From an uncultured Planktomarina sp. (GTDB lineage Bacteria; Pseudomonadota; Alphaproteobacteria; Rhodobacterales; Rhodobacteraceae): a DNA stretch of 64,000 nt. Of this stretch, positions 37,593 through 48,878 are shown one piece after another (the stretch's first letter is position 1; each line of letters opens with the position of its first letter). The position numbers and the translations under genes were made by a program. Under the pieces are notes generated by a model, which saw only the letters and a program-made list of their open reading frames with translations, had not been told where the DNA came from and ran no database searches. The stretch lies in NCBI RefSeq assembly GCF_951543265.1, contig NZ_CATOCO010000004.1, one strand, 5' to 3'.

Positions 37593-38921
37593 TCATACCA
37601 AAGCATTTTCCGCCGCCGCCCCAAGCCGGAGCAGGTGATGCTCTTGCATCGGTGGGCAAACCAGCATCAATCCACAAGACGGAACTCCTGTCGGCAAGGT
37701 CAAAGCGCAGGCGCCCATCAAATTCCCAATGCGCGTGTTTCTCAACGCCAAGAGGTTTTCATTAACATAATAGTCGTGATCTTGGTCCAGCCGATCGATA
37801 TTAGGCGGCAAGATCGGCGAACTGGGCATCAGCACTGCATCATAGCCCACCGTCTCCGCGTAATAGGCTTCACGCAGTCGATCTAATTCCAGCCAAGCGG
37901 CCACATAATCCGCCGCTGAAACCTGCGCACCGCTGCGAAATCGCAAAAGAATTTCAGAAAACATTGCGTCAGGATTGGCCTCGATCTGATCCTTCCAAGT
38001 CCCATAAGCCTCTGAGGCAAACAACACCCCTGACAGCGCCAAGGCGGCCTGTGCTTCTGGAATTTTCACCCGTTCCACCACAGCCCCCATCCGGCGCAAA
38101 CGATCCACTGCAGTGTTGAAGGCAACCAAAGGTGCCTCGCGGATATCGTCAAAAGCGGATGTGTCACAAATGGCAAACCTGCGGTCTTCCAAAGTGGCAT
38201 TGGTGAGATCCACCGGCTTACTGCCCTCCAGAGCGGCAAGCGCAAGGGCTGCATCCTCCACCGATCGGCACAGCGGTCCCACCGTATCAAACCGCGCACA
38301 GAGCGGCAAAACGCCCTGCAATGAAATCCGCCCGCTGGTTGTTTTCAAACCCACCAAATCATTCCACGCCGCTGGAATCCGCACCGATCCACCCGTATCT
38401 GAGCCAATTGCCAAGGGAGCTAAACCAAAGGCCACAGAGGCCGCAGCCCCCGAAGATGACCCGCCAGAAACCGCCATATGATCATTCACACAGGGTGGCG
38501 TGGCGGTGCAGGGGTTGTGGCCAAGGCCAGAAAACGCCAGCTCCGACATATGGGTTTTCCCAAGACACACCAAACCTAAAGCTGTGGCCGTGCGCAACAC
38601 TTCGCAATCCGCATCCGGCACACGGTCTTTGAGCAAAAGGCTGCCCGCCTCGGTGGCAATTCCAGCGCTGTCAAAAAGATCTTTCCAGGATACAGGCACC
38701 CCATCGAGAGCCGATTTACGCAGCCCGAGCTTGGCGCGCTCCGCGGAGGCTGCCGCCTCAGTCAAGGCGCGTTCATGGGTTACAACCGTATAAATGCGAT
38801 CTGCAAAAGGATGCGCATCAATCGCGTCCAGATAGGTTTTTGCCAAAGCCACAGGATCAATATCACCCTTACCAATTGCGCGGCCCAAAGCTGCGGCGCT
38901 CATCGTCAACCATCTTTGCAT
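37593..38921 (-). CDS. amidase-signature family amidase
   Basis: AS motif GGSSSGAAASVAFGLAPLAIGSDTGGSVRIPAA. Confidence 0.85.
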   Translation of the reverse strand: MQRWLTMSAAALGRAIGKGDIDPVALAKTYLDAIDAHPFADRIYTVVTHERALTEAAASAERAKLGLRKSALDGVPVSWKDLFDSAGIATEAGSLLLKDRVPDADCEVLRTATALGLVCLGKTHMSELAFSGLGHNPCTATPPCVNDHMAVSGGSSSGAAASVAFGLAPLAIGSDTGGSVRIPAAWNDLVGLKTTSGRISLQGVLPLCARFDTVGPLCRSVEDAALALAALEGSKPVDLTNATLEDRRFAICDTSAFDDIREAPLVAFNTAVDRLRRMGAVVERVKIPEAQAALALSGVLFASEAYGTWKDQIEANPDAMFSEILLRFRSGAQVSAADYVAAWLELDRLREAYYAETVGYDAVLMPSSPILPPNIDRLDQDHDYYVNENLLALRNTRIGNLMGACALTLPTGVPSCGLMLVCPPMQEHHLLRLGAAAENALV

Positions 38922-39002
38922 AGGTCATCCTCCTGATTTGCCCCCACGCTAACGATGTCGCACCCCCTCGACAATATCCCTTTGCTGCCCCATGTCTTGA
39001 TT

Positions 39003-40220
39003 ATGGTTTATGACGTTATCATTGCGGGCGGCGGGCTTAATGGGATCACCCTGGCCTTGGCGCTGGACAGTGCTGGAATTCGCGCCGCTGTGATTGACAA
39101 ACATGCGCCAGCCGCTGCTCTGAAAAATGGCTTTGACGGCCGATCCTACGCATTAGCCGCAGCGAGCCAAAAAATGCTTGAGGTTCTGGGCTTATGGGAC
39201 GAGCTGGCGGATAATGCAGAGCCCATGTTGGAAATCAAAGTCAGTGATGGCTTTGTGGGAGAAACCCCGTCGCCCTTTGTTATGGAGTTTGGACAGGAAG
39301 ATTTCAGGCAAGGCCCCATGGGATATATGATTGAAGATCGGCATTTGCGTGCGGCTTTGCACAATGCTCTGAAGCGCTCTTCTGTGGTCACCATGTCAGA
39401 CTGCGAAATCTTAACGCAAACCATCCACCCCACACATGCCGCAGTGGCAATGATCTCAGGCACCACCTTGACCGCAGCACTCTTAGTCGGAGCGGATGGA
39501 CGCAACTCATCTATAGCCAAGGCCGCCAGATTAACCCGTGCGGGTTGGGATTACGGGCAATCCTCTTTGGTCTGTGCCATAGCACATGATAGGCCGCACA
39601 ATGGTATTGCGCACCAATATTTCATGCCATCTGGTCCATTAGCAATCCTGCCCTTAACCCAAAATCGTAGTGGCATTGTTTGGACCGAGAAAACCGAAAC
39701 GGCGCAGAACATTCACGCGCTGAATGATGTGGATTATCTGGATGTGTTACGCCCAAGATTTGGCACGTTTTTGGGCGACATCTCTCTGGCCGGTGACAGA
39801 TATATCTACCCTCTGTCTCTCTCAACAACCCACAGAATGATCGCATCACGGGTGGCTTTGGTCGGGGATGCGGCCCATGCGGTGCACCCTATCGCAGGCC
39901 AAGGCCTCAATTCAGGGTTCAAAGATGTGGCCGCCTTAGCACAAGTGTTATGTGACACAAAACGCAGGGGTCAAGATCTGGGAATTCATACCTCGCTTGA
40001 AGAATATCAACGCTGGCGCGGCTTCGACAACGCTTTGCTGTGCACCGCCACCAATACTTTCAACCGCCTCTTCTCGAACGACAACCCGGTCATGCGCGGC
40101 TTGAGAGATTTGGGCTTGGGCTTGGTCAATAATACGCCTGCGTTGCGCCAGGCATTTGTAGCCAATGCAGCCGGAGCAGCCGGTGATGTACCAAAACTGT
40201 TACGTGGAGAGCCGCTTTAA
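39003..40220 (+). CDS. UbiH/UbiF/VisC/COQ6-family FAD-dependent hydroxylase
   Basis: YDVIIAGGGLNGITLAL and LVGDAAHAVHPIAGQGLNSGFKD. Start moved to ATG 39003. Confidence 0.8.
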   Translation: MVYDVIIAGGGLNGITLALALDSAGIRAAVIDKHAPAAALKNGFDGRSYALAAASQKMLEVLGLWDELADNAEPMLEIKVSDGFVGETPSPFVMEFGQEDFRQGPMGYMIEDRHLRAALHNALKRSSVVTMSDCEILTQTIHPTHAAVAMISGTTLTAALLVGADGRNSSIAKAARLTRAGWDYGQSSLVCAIAHDRPHNGIAHQYFMPSGPLAILPLTQNRSGIVWTEKTETAQNIHALNDVDYLDVLRPRFGTFLGDISLAGDRYIYPLSLSTTHRMIASRVALVGDAAHAVHPIAGQGLNSGFKDVAALAQVLCDTKRRGQDLGIHTSLEEYQRWRGFDNALLCTATNTFNRLFSNDNPVMRGLRDLGLGLVNNTPALRQAFVANAAGAAGDVPKLLRGEPL

Positions 40221-40223
40221 AGC

Positions 40224-40397
40224 TCAATCAATCTCGCGGGCTTCACTGACTAACATAATTGGAATGCCATTGCGAATTGGATAGGCTAAATGCGCCGATT
40301 TTGAGATCAATTCCTGTTGTTTGGCGTCATATTTCAAAGGCGCGCCAGTCTGCGGGCAGATCAAAGCCTCTAGCATTTTTCCATCGATATCACTCAT
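40224..40397 (-). CDS. Trm112/YcaR (UPF0434) family small protein, 57 aa
   Basis: Too short for the ORF track. My translation: [61 protein letters not shown] overlap with the upstream gene. Confidence 0.7.
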   Translation of the reverse strand: MSDIDGKMLEALICPQTGAPLKYDAKQQELISKSAHLAYPIRNGIPIMLVSEAREID

Positions 40398-41035
40398 TGT
40401 AGAAAGTCCTCATCAGCCCCACCGCGCAGGGCGAATTCTATTAATGTGGTCAGAGTTTCGCGACGTGTGCTCAGGCTTGGCGCTTCAAGCAAAGCTTGTT
40501 TATCTTCCGGCTCAAACGGGCAGAGCATCGACAAAGAATTGATCAACAACTCATCATCCGCCTCCTGCATCGTTTCCCAATCCGTCGAAAGCTGTCGATC
40601 ATCAAAATACCGTTTCAGAGCCGCCATAAACACCGAACGTTCAAAGCTGTCATCGCGTTCGGCCTTACCTAAGTCACGCTCAAACCCGTCCCATGTCACG
40701 TGACAGCGGCGATAGGCGGCAAAGCCCTCAACCTCTTCTTTGATGCGAAATCGGCTCATCCCAGAAAGCGTAACCATGTAGCGGCCATCTTCGGTTTCAG
40801 AGAATTGGTTTAAACGCCCCACGCATCCAATGGAATGCAGCTTTGTCTCACCGCCACGCGATTGATAAGGTTGCACCATACCAATGAAGCGGCTAGAGGT
40901 TTTCATGCAATCTTCAATCATGCTGAGATAACGTGGTTCGAAAATGTGCAAAGGCAGCTTAGCCCGCGGCAACAAAAGTGCTCCCGGCAAAGGGAACACG
41001 GGGATCACATCGGGTATATCATATCTGAATTTCAT
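40394..41035 (-). CDS. LON N-terminal (substrate-binding) domain protein
   Basis: [34 protein letters not shown], the typical LON_substr_bdg N-terminus. 213 aa. Confidence 0.8.
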   Translation of the reverse strand: MKFRYDIPDVIPVFPLPGALLLPRAKLPLHIFEPRYLSMIEDCMKTSSRFIGMVQPYQSRGGETKLHSIGCVGRLNQFSETEDGRYMVTLSGMSRFRIKEEVEGFAAYRRCHVTWDGFERDLGKAERDDSFERSVFMAALKRYFDDRQLSTDWETMQEADDELLINSLSMLCPFEPEDKQALLEAPSLSTRRETLTTLIEFALRGGADEDFLQ

Positions 41036-41061
41036 GGGTCTAAACTAGCTCGGCTGCTGGA

Positions 41062-41982
41062 TCATGCAAATATTAATGACGATAATTTGCGGCGACCATT
41101 TAAAACAACTGGATCATTTGCAGGCAGTGCGTCAAACACGGTGAACAACTGCGCTTTGGCCGCGCCATCATTCCAGTCACGGTCCCTACGAAACAGTTCC
41201 AACAATTGTTCAACGGCCGCCTCTGCGTCACCGCCAGCGTGCAGCGCCGTTGCTAGCTCAAGCCGCGCCTGATGATTGTCAGCATCAGCATCCACTGCGG
41301 CCTTAAGCTCATCCAACGGGCCAGCGTTTGCCGCTTGCTTGGCCAATTCCAATTGTGCGTGCACGGATTCCAACTCAGGTGCTTGGCTGATCTCTACCGG
41401 TGCGCCGTTCAAAATCGCCTCAGCTTGCTCCAAATCATTCAAAGCCAAATGGGACTGTACCAAGCCCACATAGGCACCCACGTTCGCGGGCTCTTCTTCG
41501 AGAACAGCCACAAAGGTTTGCGCCGCATCTTCTGCCGCGCCTTCGGCCAGCATTTCTTGTGCGGCAATCACCGCATCGGCCAAGCCACCGTCTTCCACAC
41601 CACCACCCATGGCGGCAACACGGGCGACAAAAGCTTGAATTTCAGAACCCGGCACCGCGCCTTGGAACCCATCAACTGGCTTGCCTTCCCAGAAGGCATA
41701 AACAGTTGGGACGGTTTGAATTTGCAATTGACCCGCAATGCCTTGGTTTTGATCAACGTTCACCTTAACCATCTTCACAGCACCACCGGCGGCGGTGACA
41801 GCTGCTTCCAATGCAGGGCCGAGGGTCTTGCACGGGCCACACCATGGCGCCCAGAAATCGACAATCACAGGCACAGTTTGGGACATCTCAATGACGTCCT
41901 GCATAAAGTTTTGCTCCGTTCCGTCTTTAATCAAATCGTCAGATGCCGGCGCTGCGGCGGGAGCGGTGTTGAGTTCCAACAT
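41062..41982 (-). CDS. thioredoxin-domain plus TPR co-chaperone (YbbN/CnoX-like)
   Basis: VPVIVDFWAPWCGPCKTLGP followed by a helical TPR-like C-terminal half. Confidence 0.8.
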   Translation of the reverse strand: MLELNTAPAAAPASDDLIKDGTEQNFMQDVIEMSQTVPVIVDFWAPWCGPCKTLGPALEAAVTAAGGAVKMVKVNVDQNQGIAGQLQIQTVPTVYAFWEGKPVDGFQGAVPGSEIQAFVARVAAMGGGVEDGGLADAVIAAQEMLAEGAAEDAAQTFVAVLEEEPANVGAYVGLVQSHLALNDLEQAEAILNGAPVEISQAPELESVHAQLELAKQAANAGPLDELKAAVDADADNHQARLELATALHAGGDAEAAVEQLLELFRRDRDWNDGAAKAQLFTVFDALPANDPVVLNGRRKLSSLIFA

Positions 41983-42044
41983 GGATAATTTCCTTATATG
42001 TTACGCTCTATATGAGCGCCGCTATAGCTTTTGCCAAGGGGCAG

Positions 42045-42833
42045 TTAGAGATCAAAGCTGGCAAGGACCGGTGCGTGATCAGAGGGCTTTTCCCATCCCC
42101 GCACGGCGCGCAAGACGCGGCTGGAATGCGCAGAAGCGGCAATATCTGAGGTGGCCCAAACGTGGTCTAAGCGGCGGCCCTTATCGGCATCGTCCCAATC
42201 TTTGGCGCGATAAGACCACCAGCTATACAACAAACCTTCAGGAATATCTTGTCGGGTAACATCCACCCAATCGCCAGCAGCCATCACATCATTGAGGTGC
42301 TCAACCTCAATCGGGGTATGGCTCACAATTTTTAAGAGCTTCTTATGGTCCCAAACATCATCTTCACGCGGTGCAATGTTCAAATCACCCACCAAAATAG
42401 CCCGCTGGGGTTTGTCAGCTCTAAAGATGTCACGCAGTTCGGTGAGGTAGTCGAGTTTATGACCAAACTTCTCATTCTTCTCTCGGTCCGGCACATCGCC
42501 ACCGGCGGGCACATAATGATTGTGAATGGTTACCCCATTTGGGAGCGTTGCTGCCACATGCCGCGCATGACCAAGGTTGGCGAGATCCAACCCGCCTGCA
42601 TCCTGCAAAGGCAGCTTGGATAAGATCGCAACGCCATTATACCCCTTTTGCCCACGTGCCACCATATGATTATAGCCCAACGCGGCGAAGCCTTCCGTAG
42701 GAATAAGATCAACCAGGCTTTTGCATTCTTGCAGGCACAATAGATCAGGAGCTTCATCACGCAACAAGTGCAGAACAATAGGTTCGCGCAGCCGCACTGA
42801 GTTGATGTTCCATGTGGCGAGGGTAAAGGTCAT
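42045..42833 (-). CDS. xthA: exodeoxyribonuclease III
   Basis: MTFTLATWNINSVRLR...LCLQECK...DHAPVLASFDL. 262 aa from ATG 42833. The 391-aa track ORF is an unsupported 5' extension. Confidence 0.88.
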   Translation of the reverse strand: MTFTLATWNINSVRLREPIVLHLLRDEAPDLLCLQECKSLVDLIPTEGFAALGYNHMVARGQKGYNGVAILSKLPLQDAGGLDLANLGHARHVAATLPNGVTIHNHYVPAGGDVPDREKNEKFGHKLDYLTELRDIFRADKPQRAILVGDLNIAPREDDVWDHKKLLKIVSHTPIEVEHLNDVMAAGDWVDVTRQDIPEGLLYSWWSYRAKDWDDADKGRRLDHVWATSDIAASAHSSRVLRAVRGWEKPSDHAPVLASFDL

Positions 42834-42956
42834 GAAGTCGGCTCCGCTAAGTTCTAATCCTGACCACCTATAGAGCATGGTGCGCCGCAACCAACCCGTT
42901 TTGATGAAATCATTTCGATGGTGACACGCTAAGGGCATTAAAGGTATCACCAGACT

Positions 42957-43592
42957 ATGACCAATTTCCCAATATTTGAGTTTGAACAAGCACTCCATGC
43001 ACAGGGCAGCCGCCATATAGCCGGTGTCGATGAAGTGGGCCGTGGCCCTTTGGCCGGTCCTGTTTTTGCAGCGGCTGTGATCTTGGACCCCAAGCATATC
43101 CCCGCCGGGTTGAATGACAGCAAAAAACTCTCTGCAAAAAAACGCGATTTGCTTCTTAAGGCCATCATGGAGCATGCCGATGTATCCATTTCCAGCGCGT
43201 CCGAACGTGAAATTGAACAAATCAACATTTTGCGCGCGTCACATTTGGCCATGGTGCGCGCTGTGCAGGGCTTGCGACAGTGCCCGGATCATGTGCTGGT
43301 GGATGGCAATTTGATCCCGCGAGATTTGAACATTCCAGCCACCGCAGTGATCAAAGGAGACTCGCGTTCGGTGTCGATTGCGGCGGCTTCAATTGTGGCA
43401 AAAATTAGGCGTGATTTGGTCATGTGTGATTTAGGGCAACAGTTTCCCGGATATGGATGGGAAAAAAACGCCGGATATCCGACGACACAGCACCTAAAAG
43501 CACTCCAAGATTTGGGGGTGACTCCTCACCATAGACGTACCTTCAAACCGATACACAATATCTTGTATCAAGCAAAAAAATTAAGCGGCTGA
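42957..43592 (+). CDS. rnhB: ribonuclease HII
   Basis: AGVDEVGRGPLAGPVFAAAVILD and DSKKLS motifs. Confidence 0.9.
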   Translation: MTNFPIFEFEQALHAQGSRHIAGVDEVGRGPLAGPVFAAAVILDPKHIPAGLNDSKKLSAKKRDLLLKAIMEHADVSISSASEREIEQINILRASHLAMVRAVQGLRQCPDHVLVDGNLIPRDLNIPATAVIKGDSRSVSIAAASIVAKIRRDLVMCDLGQQFPGYGWEKNAGYPTTQHLKALQDLGVTPHHRRTFKPIHNILYQAKKLSG

Positions 43593-43626
43593 TTAGAAAA
43601 AGAAATTGACGGCGAATCGATCATGA

Positions 43627-44796
<1,170 letters not shown>

Positions 44797-44859
44797 GGCC
44801 TTCTATCAAAAGTTAAGTTACCGCCTGTGCTTGCGTCTGTTTGCGAAGCGCCACCTTAT

Positions 44860-44889
44860 GCCCCGCCCTTTGTGGTGGGGCTTTTTTAT
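44860..44889 (+). terminator. rho-independent terminator downstream of ccrM
   Basis: Stem gccccgcc / ggtggggc (one G-U pair), loop ctttgt, followed by TTTTTTATT. Confidence 0.65.
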
Positions 44890-45548
44890 TCAATGGGGTC
44901 TCGGGTTTTGTGCCTTATTACAGGGCGTCCAATCCGCGATTTCGTGGCAATACATCTTCTGCCAGCGCCGCTCTTTTGGGAAGAACCAAAAAAGCTTTCA
45001 TTATATCGCGCCGCCACCGGATCACGCAGCGTGCCAATATAGCGGTGATGCCCCCTGAAAAAATGTGAATACAGCACCATAGCCAGCAAGATATCGGCAA
45101 TCCATCGCTCAACCCGTGGCTTTTGATGTATCATCTCATGGCTATAATTTATGCCAATCATGCCGGCGACAACCTCAACACCCACAAACAAAGTCGCTCC
45201 CAGATGCCCAGACAAGCTGACATAAAGCAAAACACCAAAGACCGAAACAAACTGAACCGGCGCCCACAGATGCGTGGTTAATCGGTATGGGCCCAGCTCC
45301 ATTTCGTCAGTTGCTGGTTCCTCATTAGCAACCTTAAGCCCCAACACCGTATCCACGAGAGGGAACAAATACTAGGTCAAAACTAGCAAAAGCAAAACAC
45401 ATAAGCCACCCCACATAGCGCTGAGCCAGACAGCAGGAATGAGCGCAAATGACAGCCAAAATGGCAGGACTTTCTGCCAATCATTGATCTTTAAAGCGGG
45501 GCACAAAACGCTCAAGGACAAATCCTTTAGCAATTCGTTTTCGTGCAA
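44886..45548 (-). pseudogene. decayed alkane-1-monooxygenase (AlkB)-like membrane di-iron hydroxylase remnant
   Basis: SHEMIHQK (HExxHxK box) and YSHFFRGHHRYIGTLRDPVAARYNESFF (RGHH box, lacking the usual EH). An in-frame TAG at 45372-45374 interrupts a continuous hydrophobic N-terminus. The third His box is absent and the C-terminal half is missing or frameshifted. Confidence 0.5.
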
Positions 45549-45581
45549 TGTATCGCCTTAGATAAATCGTGCCGACCTCAG

Positions 45582-46628
45582 CTATTGGAGCTCGGCAGCG
45601 ATGCTCCATACCTTGCGCATCACTGTGGGAAGATCCATCGGCCGGAAATCAGATTTTTTGGTAAAATGGCGGTTGCTGCTATCTTGCGGCACAGATGCCA
45701 CCATCACACGTAACTGCAAATGAAAATGCGTGAACGTGTGGCGCACCGCCTCCGATGCCTCGACCCAATCGGCATGAAAGGGTGGTGTCAGCTCTGGAGC
45801 CACTTCGGTCCAATCACTGCCGGGCCAACCCAGCATGCCACCAAGTAAACCGCGATCTGGACGTTGTTCCAATAAGACCGCCCCATCTGTACGGCAGGCC
45901 ACAAAAGCGATCCCGAGCCGCGTTGGTTTGTTGGCCTTGGGCAATTTCTTCGGCAGCTCAGCCGCCGTGCCGCGCACCTGCGCCAAACAACAGCCTCGCC
46001 ATGGGCAAAGATCACAGCTTGGCAATTTGGGCGTGCACACCGTAGCTCCAAGGTCCATCACGGCCTGTGCATAATCGCCCGAGCGTTTGCGCGGCGTCAG
46101 TCCTTCAGCCAAATAGATCAAGGGCACTTTAGCAGTGGGCAGAGGGATATGCACATCAAACAGCCGCGCCATAACACGCTCAACATTGCCATCCACGACA
46201 GTCTCAGGTTGATCAAAAGCAATCGATGCCAAGGCCGCACTGGTGTAAGGTCCAATGCCCGGCAGGTTTTGCAACTGGACACGATTTGGTGGAAAATGCC
46301 CCTCAAATTCAGCCACCACAGTGCGCGCACATTTCAGCAGATTACGGGCGCGGGCATAATACCCAAGTCCGGCCCAAGCGGCCATCACATCCGAATCATC
46401 AGCCGCAGCCAAATCAAAAACTGTTGGCCACAATGCAGTGAACTTCAAAAAATAAGCCTTAACGACCGCGACGGTTGTTTGCTGCAACATAATTTCAGAC
46501 AGCCAAATGCGGTAAGGGTCTGGTATTTGACCCAACTTTCGATCCACAGGCGCCACGCGCCACGGTAGAACTCGAGCATTGGCATCATACCAAGCCAAAA
46601 GTGCCTTAGAGTTGGGGTGATCACGCAA
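45582..46628 (-). CDS. mutY: A/G-specific adenine DNA glycosylase MutY
   Basis: LPWRV...DPYRIWLSEIMLQQTTV, the Fe-S cluster loop CTPKLPSCDLCPWRGCC, and a NUDIX-like C-terminus. Confidence 0.9.
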   Translation of the reverse strand: MRDHPNSKALLAWYDANARVLPWRVAPVDRKLGQIPDPYRIWLSEIMLQQTTVAVVKAYFLKFTALWPTVFDLAAADDSDVMAAWAGLGYYARARNLLKCARTVVAEFEGHFPPNRVQLQNLPGIGPYTSAALASIAFDQPETVVDGNVERVMARLFDVHIPLPTAKVPLIYLAEGLTPRKRSGDYAQAVMDLGATVCTPKLPSCDLCPWRGCCLAQVRGTAAELPKKLPKANKPTRLGIAFVACRTDGAVLLEQRPDRGLLGGMLGWPGSDWTEVAPELTPPFHADWVEASEAVRHTFTHFHLQLRVMVASVPQDSSNRHFTKKSDFRPMDLPTVMRKVWSIAAELQ

Positions 46629-46713
46629 AGGTTGCGGTACTTTCTGTAAAAGAGGTGGCGTTGCGCCGTGCTTAGGGTAAAATAGAGTAAATCAGGAAGA
46701 GTAAGTAAAATCG

Positions 46714-47235
46714 ATGCAAAAAACTGCGGGATCATACGAAAAACGCCGAGCAGGATTTCGGCGCACCTCGATATTAGTCGAGCAAAAGCTGCGCGCCGCC
46801 GGGGAATCGCGTGGATTTGCAATCATGCGCCTGCTGACTCACTGGAGCGAGATTGTGGGCGCACAGGTCGCACAAATTTGTACACCAGTCAAAGTAAGCT
46901 TTGCACAGAAGGGGTTTGGTGCCACTTTGGTGATCCTCACAACCGGTGCACAGGCCCAAATGCTTGAAATGCAACTGCCGCAACTGCGTGAAAAAGTGAA
47001 CGCCTGCTACGGCTACAACGCAATTTCGCGCATTCGGATCACGCAAACCGCCCCAGTTGGGTTTTCTGATGGTAAAGCACGGTTCAACACAGCTCCCAAA
47101 CGCACCTGTCCAGAGCCTTGCCCAGAAACAGCGGCTAAAGCATCGGCAATTGCCTGCGATATAAAAGACGAAGGCCTCAGAGCAGCGCTCGCCGCTTTCG
47201 GTGAAAACATTATAAAACATGAAAAGAGATCTTAA
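46714..47235 (+). CDS. DUF721 (DciA-like) protein
   Basis: RLLTHWSEIVGAQVAQICTPVKV...LVILTTGAQAQMLEMQLPQLREKVN fits the DUF721 pattern. Divergent from mutY. Confidence 0.65.
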   Translation: MQKTAGSYEKRRAGFRRTSILVEQKLRAAGESRGFAIMRLLTHWSEIVGAQVAQICTPVKVSFAQKGFGATLVILTTGAQAQMLEMQLPQLREKVNACYGYNAISRIRITQTAPVGFSDGKARFNTAPKRTCPEPCPETAAKASAIACDIKDEGLRAALAAFGENIIKHEKRS

Positions 47236-47236
47236 G

Positions 47237-47896
47237 ATGAAGAAGAATTATGTATTAGGCTCGGCATTTGTGGCAGCTCTCGTCCTTGGCGTCTATTTTG
47301 CCATGACGCCCAAATCCTCTAACCTGATGGGCCCCAGCTTTGGCGCGGCGAATGCAGCAGTGTCCGGCGAAGCTGACACGTCAGCTGTCGTTGATATGGT
47401 CATGGGAGCTGAAGATGCTCCTATCACAATAATTGAATATGCGAGCTACACTTGCCCTCACTGCCGCTCGTTTCATCAAGGCGCTTTTCAAAACCTGAAG
47501 ACTGATTACATCAACACCGGCAAGGTACGCTTTACCTATCGGGAAATTTACTTTGACCGTTATGGGCTTTGGGGCTCGATTATCGCACGCTGTGGCGGGC
47601 AGGATAAATTCTTTGCCATTTCAGATCTTCTGTACACCAAGCAAAGCGAATGGACCAAAGGCAGCCCAGCAGAGATTGCCGACAATCTGCGCCGGATCGG
47701 CATCACAGCAGGCTTGTCACAAGACGCAGTACAGGCCTGTTTCTCTGACGGTCAAAAAGCTCAGAATTTGGTGGCGTGGTATGAAAAAAACCGCGCGGCT
47801 GACGACATCAGCTCAACACCGTCTTTTGTGATCAACGGAATCAAATATGCCAATATGTCCTATGCAGAATTTCAAAAAATTCTAGACGCGCAATAG
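47237..47896 (+). CDS. DsbA-family thiol:disulfide oxidoreductase
   Basis: TM/signal anchor, then ITIIEYASYTCPHCRSFH (CPHC active site). Start moved to ATG 47237. Confidence 0.8.
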   Translation: MKKNYVLGSAFVAALVLGVYFAMTPKSSNLMGPSFGAANAAVSGEADTSAVVDMVMGAEDAPITIIEYASYTCPHCRSFHQGAFQNLKTDYINTGKVRFTYREIYFDRYGLWGSIIARCGGQDKFFAISDLLYTKQSEWTKGSPAEIADNLRRIGITAGLSQDAVQACFSDGQKAQNLVAWYEKNRAADDISSTPSFVINGIKYANMSYAEFQKILDAQ

Positions 47897-47900
47897 GAAA

Positions 47901-48878
47901 TCACAATCCAAGATCGGCCAATTTTGCGTCGATCTTGGACCAATCAGCAATTGCAAGCCGCACCGGCAAAGCCAAAACATCCAAACGGTATTGCGAGGGC
48001 AATCTTGCGGCATCTTTTTCGGTACACACCAGCTGAGCATTTAAGGACTTCGCTTTGGTGGCCAGTCTGTTCATCAAGGTGGCAGATAGCGGCTCATGAT
48101 CCGAAAGCGCCTCGTGGCCCAAGATATTGACACCCAATCCGCGCAGAGTGCCAAAGAATTTTTCTGGGTGCGCAATGCCTGCGAACGCAAATACCGCTAA
48201 ACCGTCCCAGCGCATGCCCGTGAGCAAAGGTTTAATTTCCCCGATCACATGCGGTACAGTCACAGGGGCTGCAAAACACTTTTGATCCCAGTCTGCGCCA
48301 ATAGACAAACAAAGATCTGCCCGCTTTAAACCGGCGGCCAATGGCTCACGCAGAGGCCCAGCTGGCATGCAAAACCCATTCCCAAACCCAAGGACCGCAT
48401 TGACCACGACAATGGAGAGATCTTTATGCACAGAGGGGTCTTGAAAACCATCATCCAGCAAAATCACATCGGGTTTTTGCGCAAGCACCAACTCCAGCCC
48501 TGAGGCCCGTTTGCGAGACACTACTACTGGGCAGAAAGCGGCGATGAGCAAAGGTTCATCCCCTACCTGCCCCGCCCCATGTGTCCGGGGGTCCACCAGT
48601 GTTGGCACCGTCACAGCAGCACCATATCCACGCGACAAAACCACAACCCGGCGCCCCCGGCCTTGCAAATGCTCTGCCATGGCAATGGTGGTTGGTGTTT
48701 TTCCTGTACCACCGGCATTAATATTGCCGATGCAAATCACCGGGCAGGATGCCCGGGTGGCCTTCTTGGCCCAGCGCTGGCGCAAGGCAGTTATACCCCC
48801 AAAAAGCCGACCAAACGGCCAAAGGCCAAATGCCAGTATGCCACGCGGTTGGTGCCAAAATTTTGGAGTGCGAATCAT
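47901..48878 (-). CDS. lpxK: tetraacyldisaccharide 4'-kinase
   Basis: VICIGNINAGGTGKTPTTIAMAEHL...VLSRGYG. Confidence 0.88.
   Translation of the reverse strand: MIRTPKFWHQPRGILAFGLWPFGRLFGGITALRQRWAKKATRASCPVICIGNINAGGTGKTPTTIAMAEHLQGRGRRVVVLSRGYGAAVTVPTLVDPRTHGAGQVGDEPLLIAAFCPVVVSRKRASGLELVLAQKPDVILLDDGFQDPSVHKDLSIVVVNAVLGFGNGFCMPAGPLREPLAAGLKRADLCLSIGADWDQKCFAAPVTVPHVIGEIKPLLTGMRWDGLAVFAFAGIAHPEKFFGTLRGLGVNILGHEALSDHEPLSATLMNRLATKAKSLNAQLVCTEKDAARLPSQYRLDVLALPVRLAIADWSKIDAKLADLGL

Noticed and set aside
42834-43220. The 129-codon 5' extension of the xthA ORF (track ORF 42045..43220)
   Set aside because: The extension overlaps the rnhB coding region on the other strand and has no ExoIII homology. 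The canonical MTFTLATWNIN start is at 42833.
43581-43595. CtrA-box-like TTAA-N7-ATTA upstream of ccrM
   Set aside because: The second half-site is ATTA, not TTAA(C). A single degenerate half-match is not enough to call.
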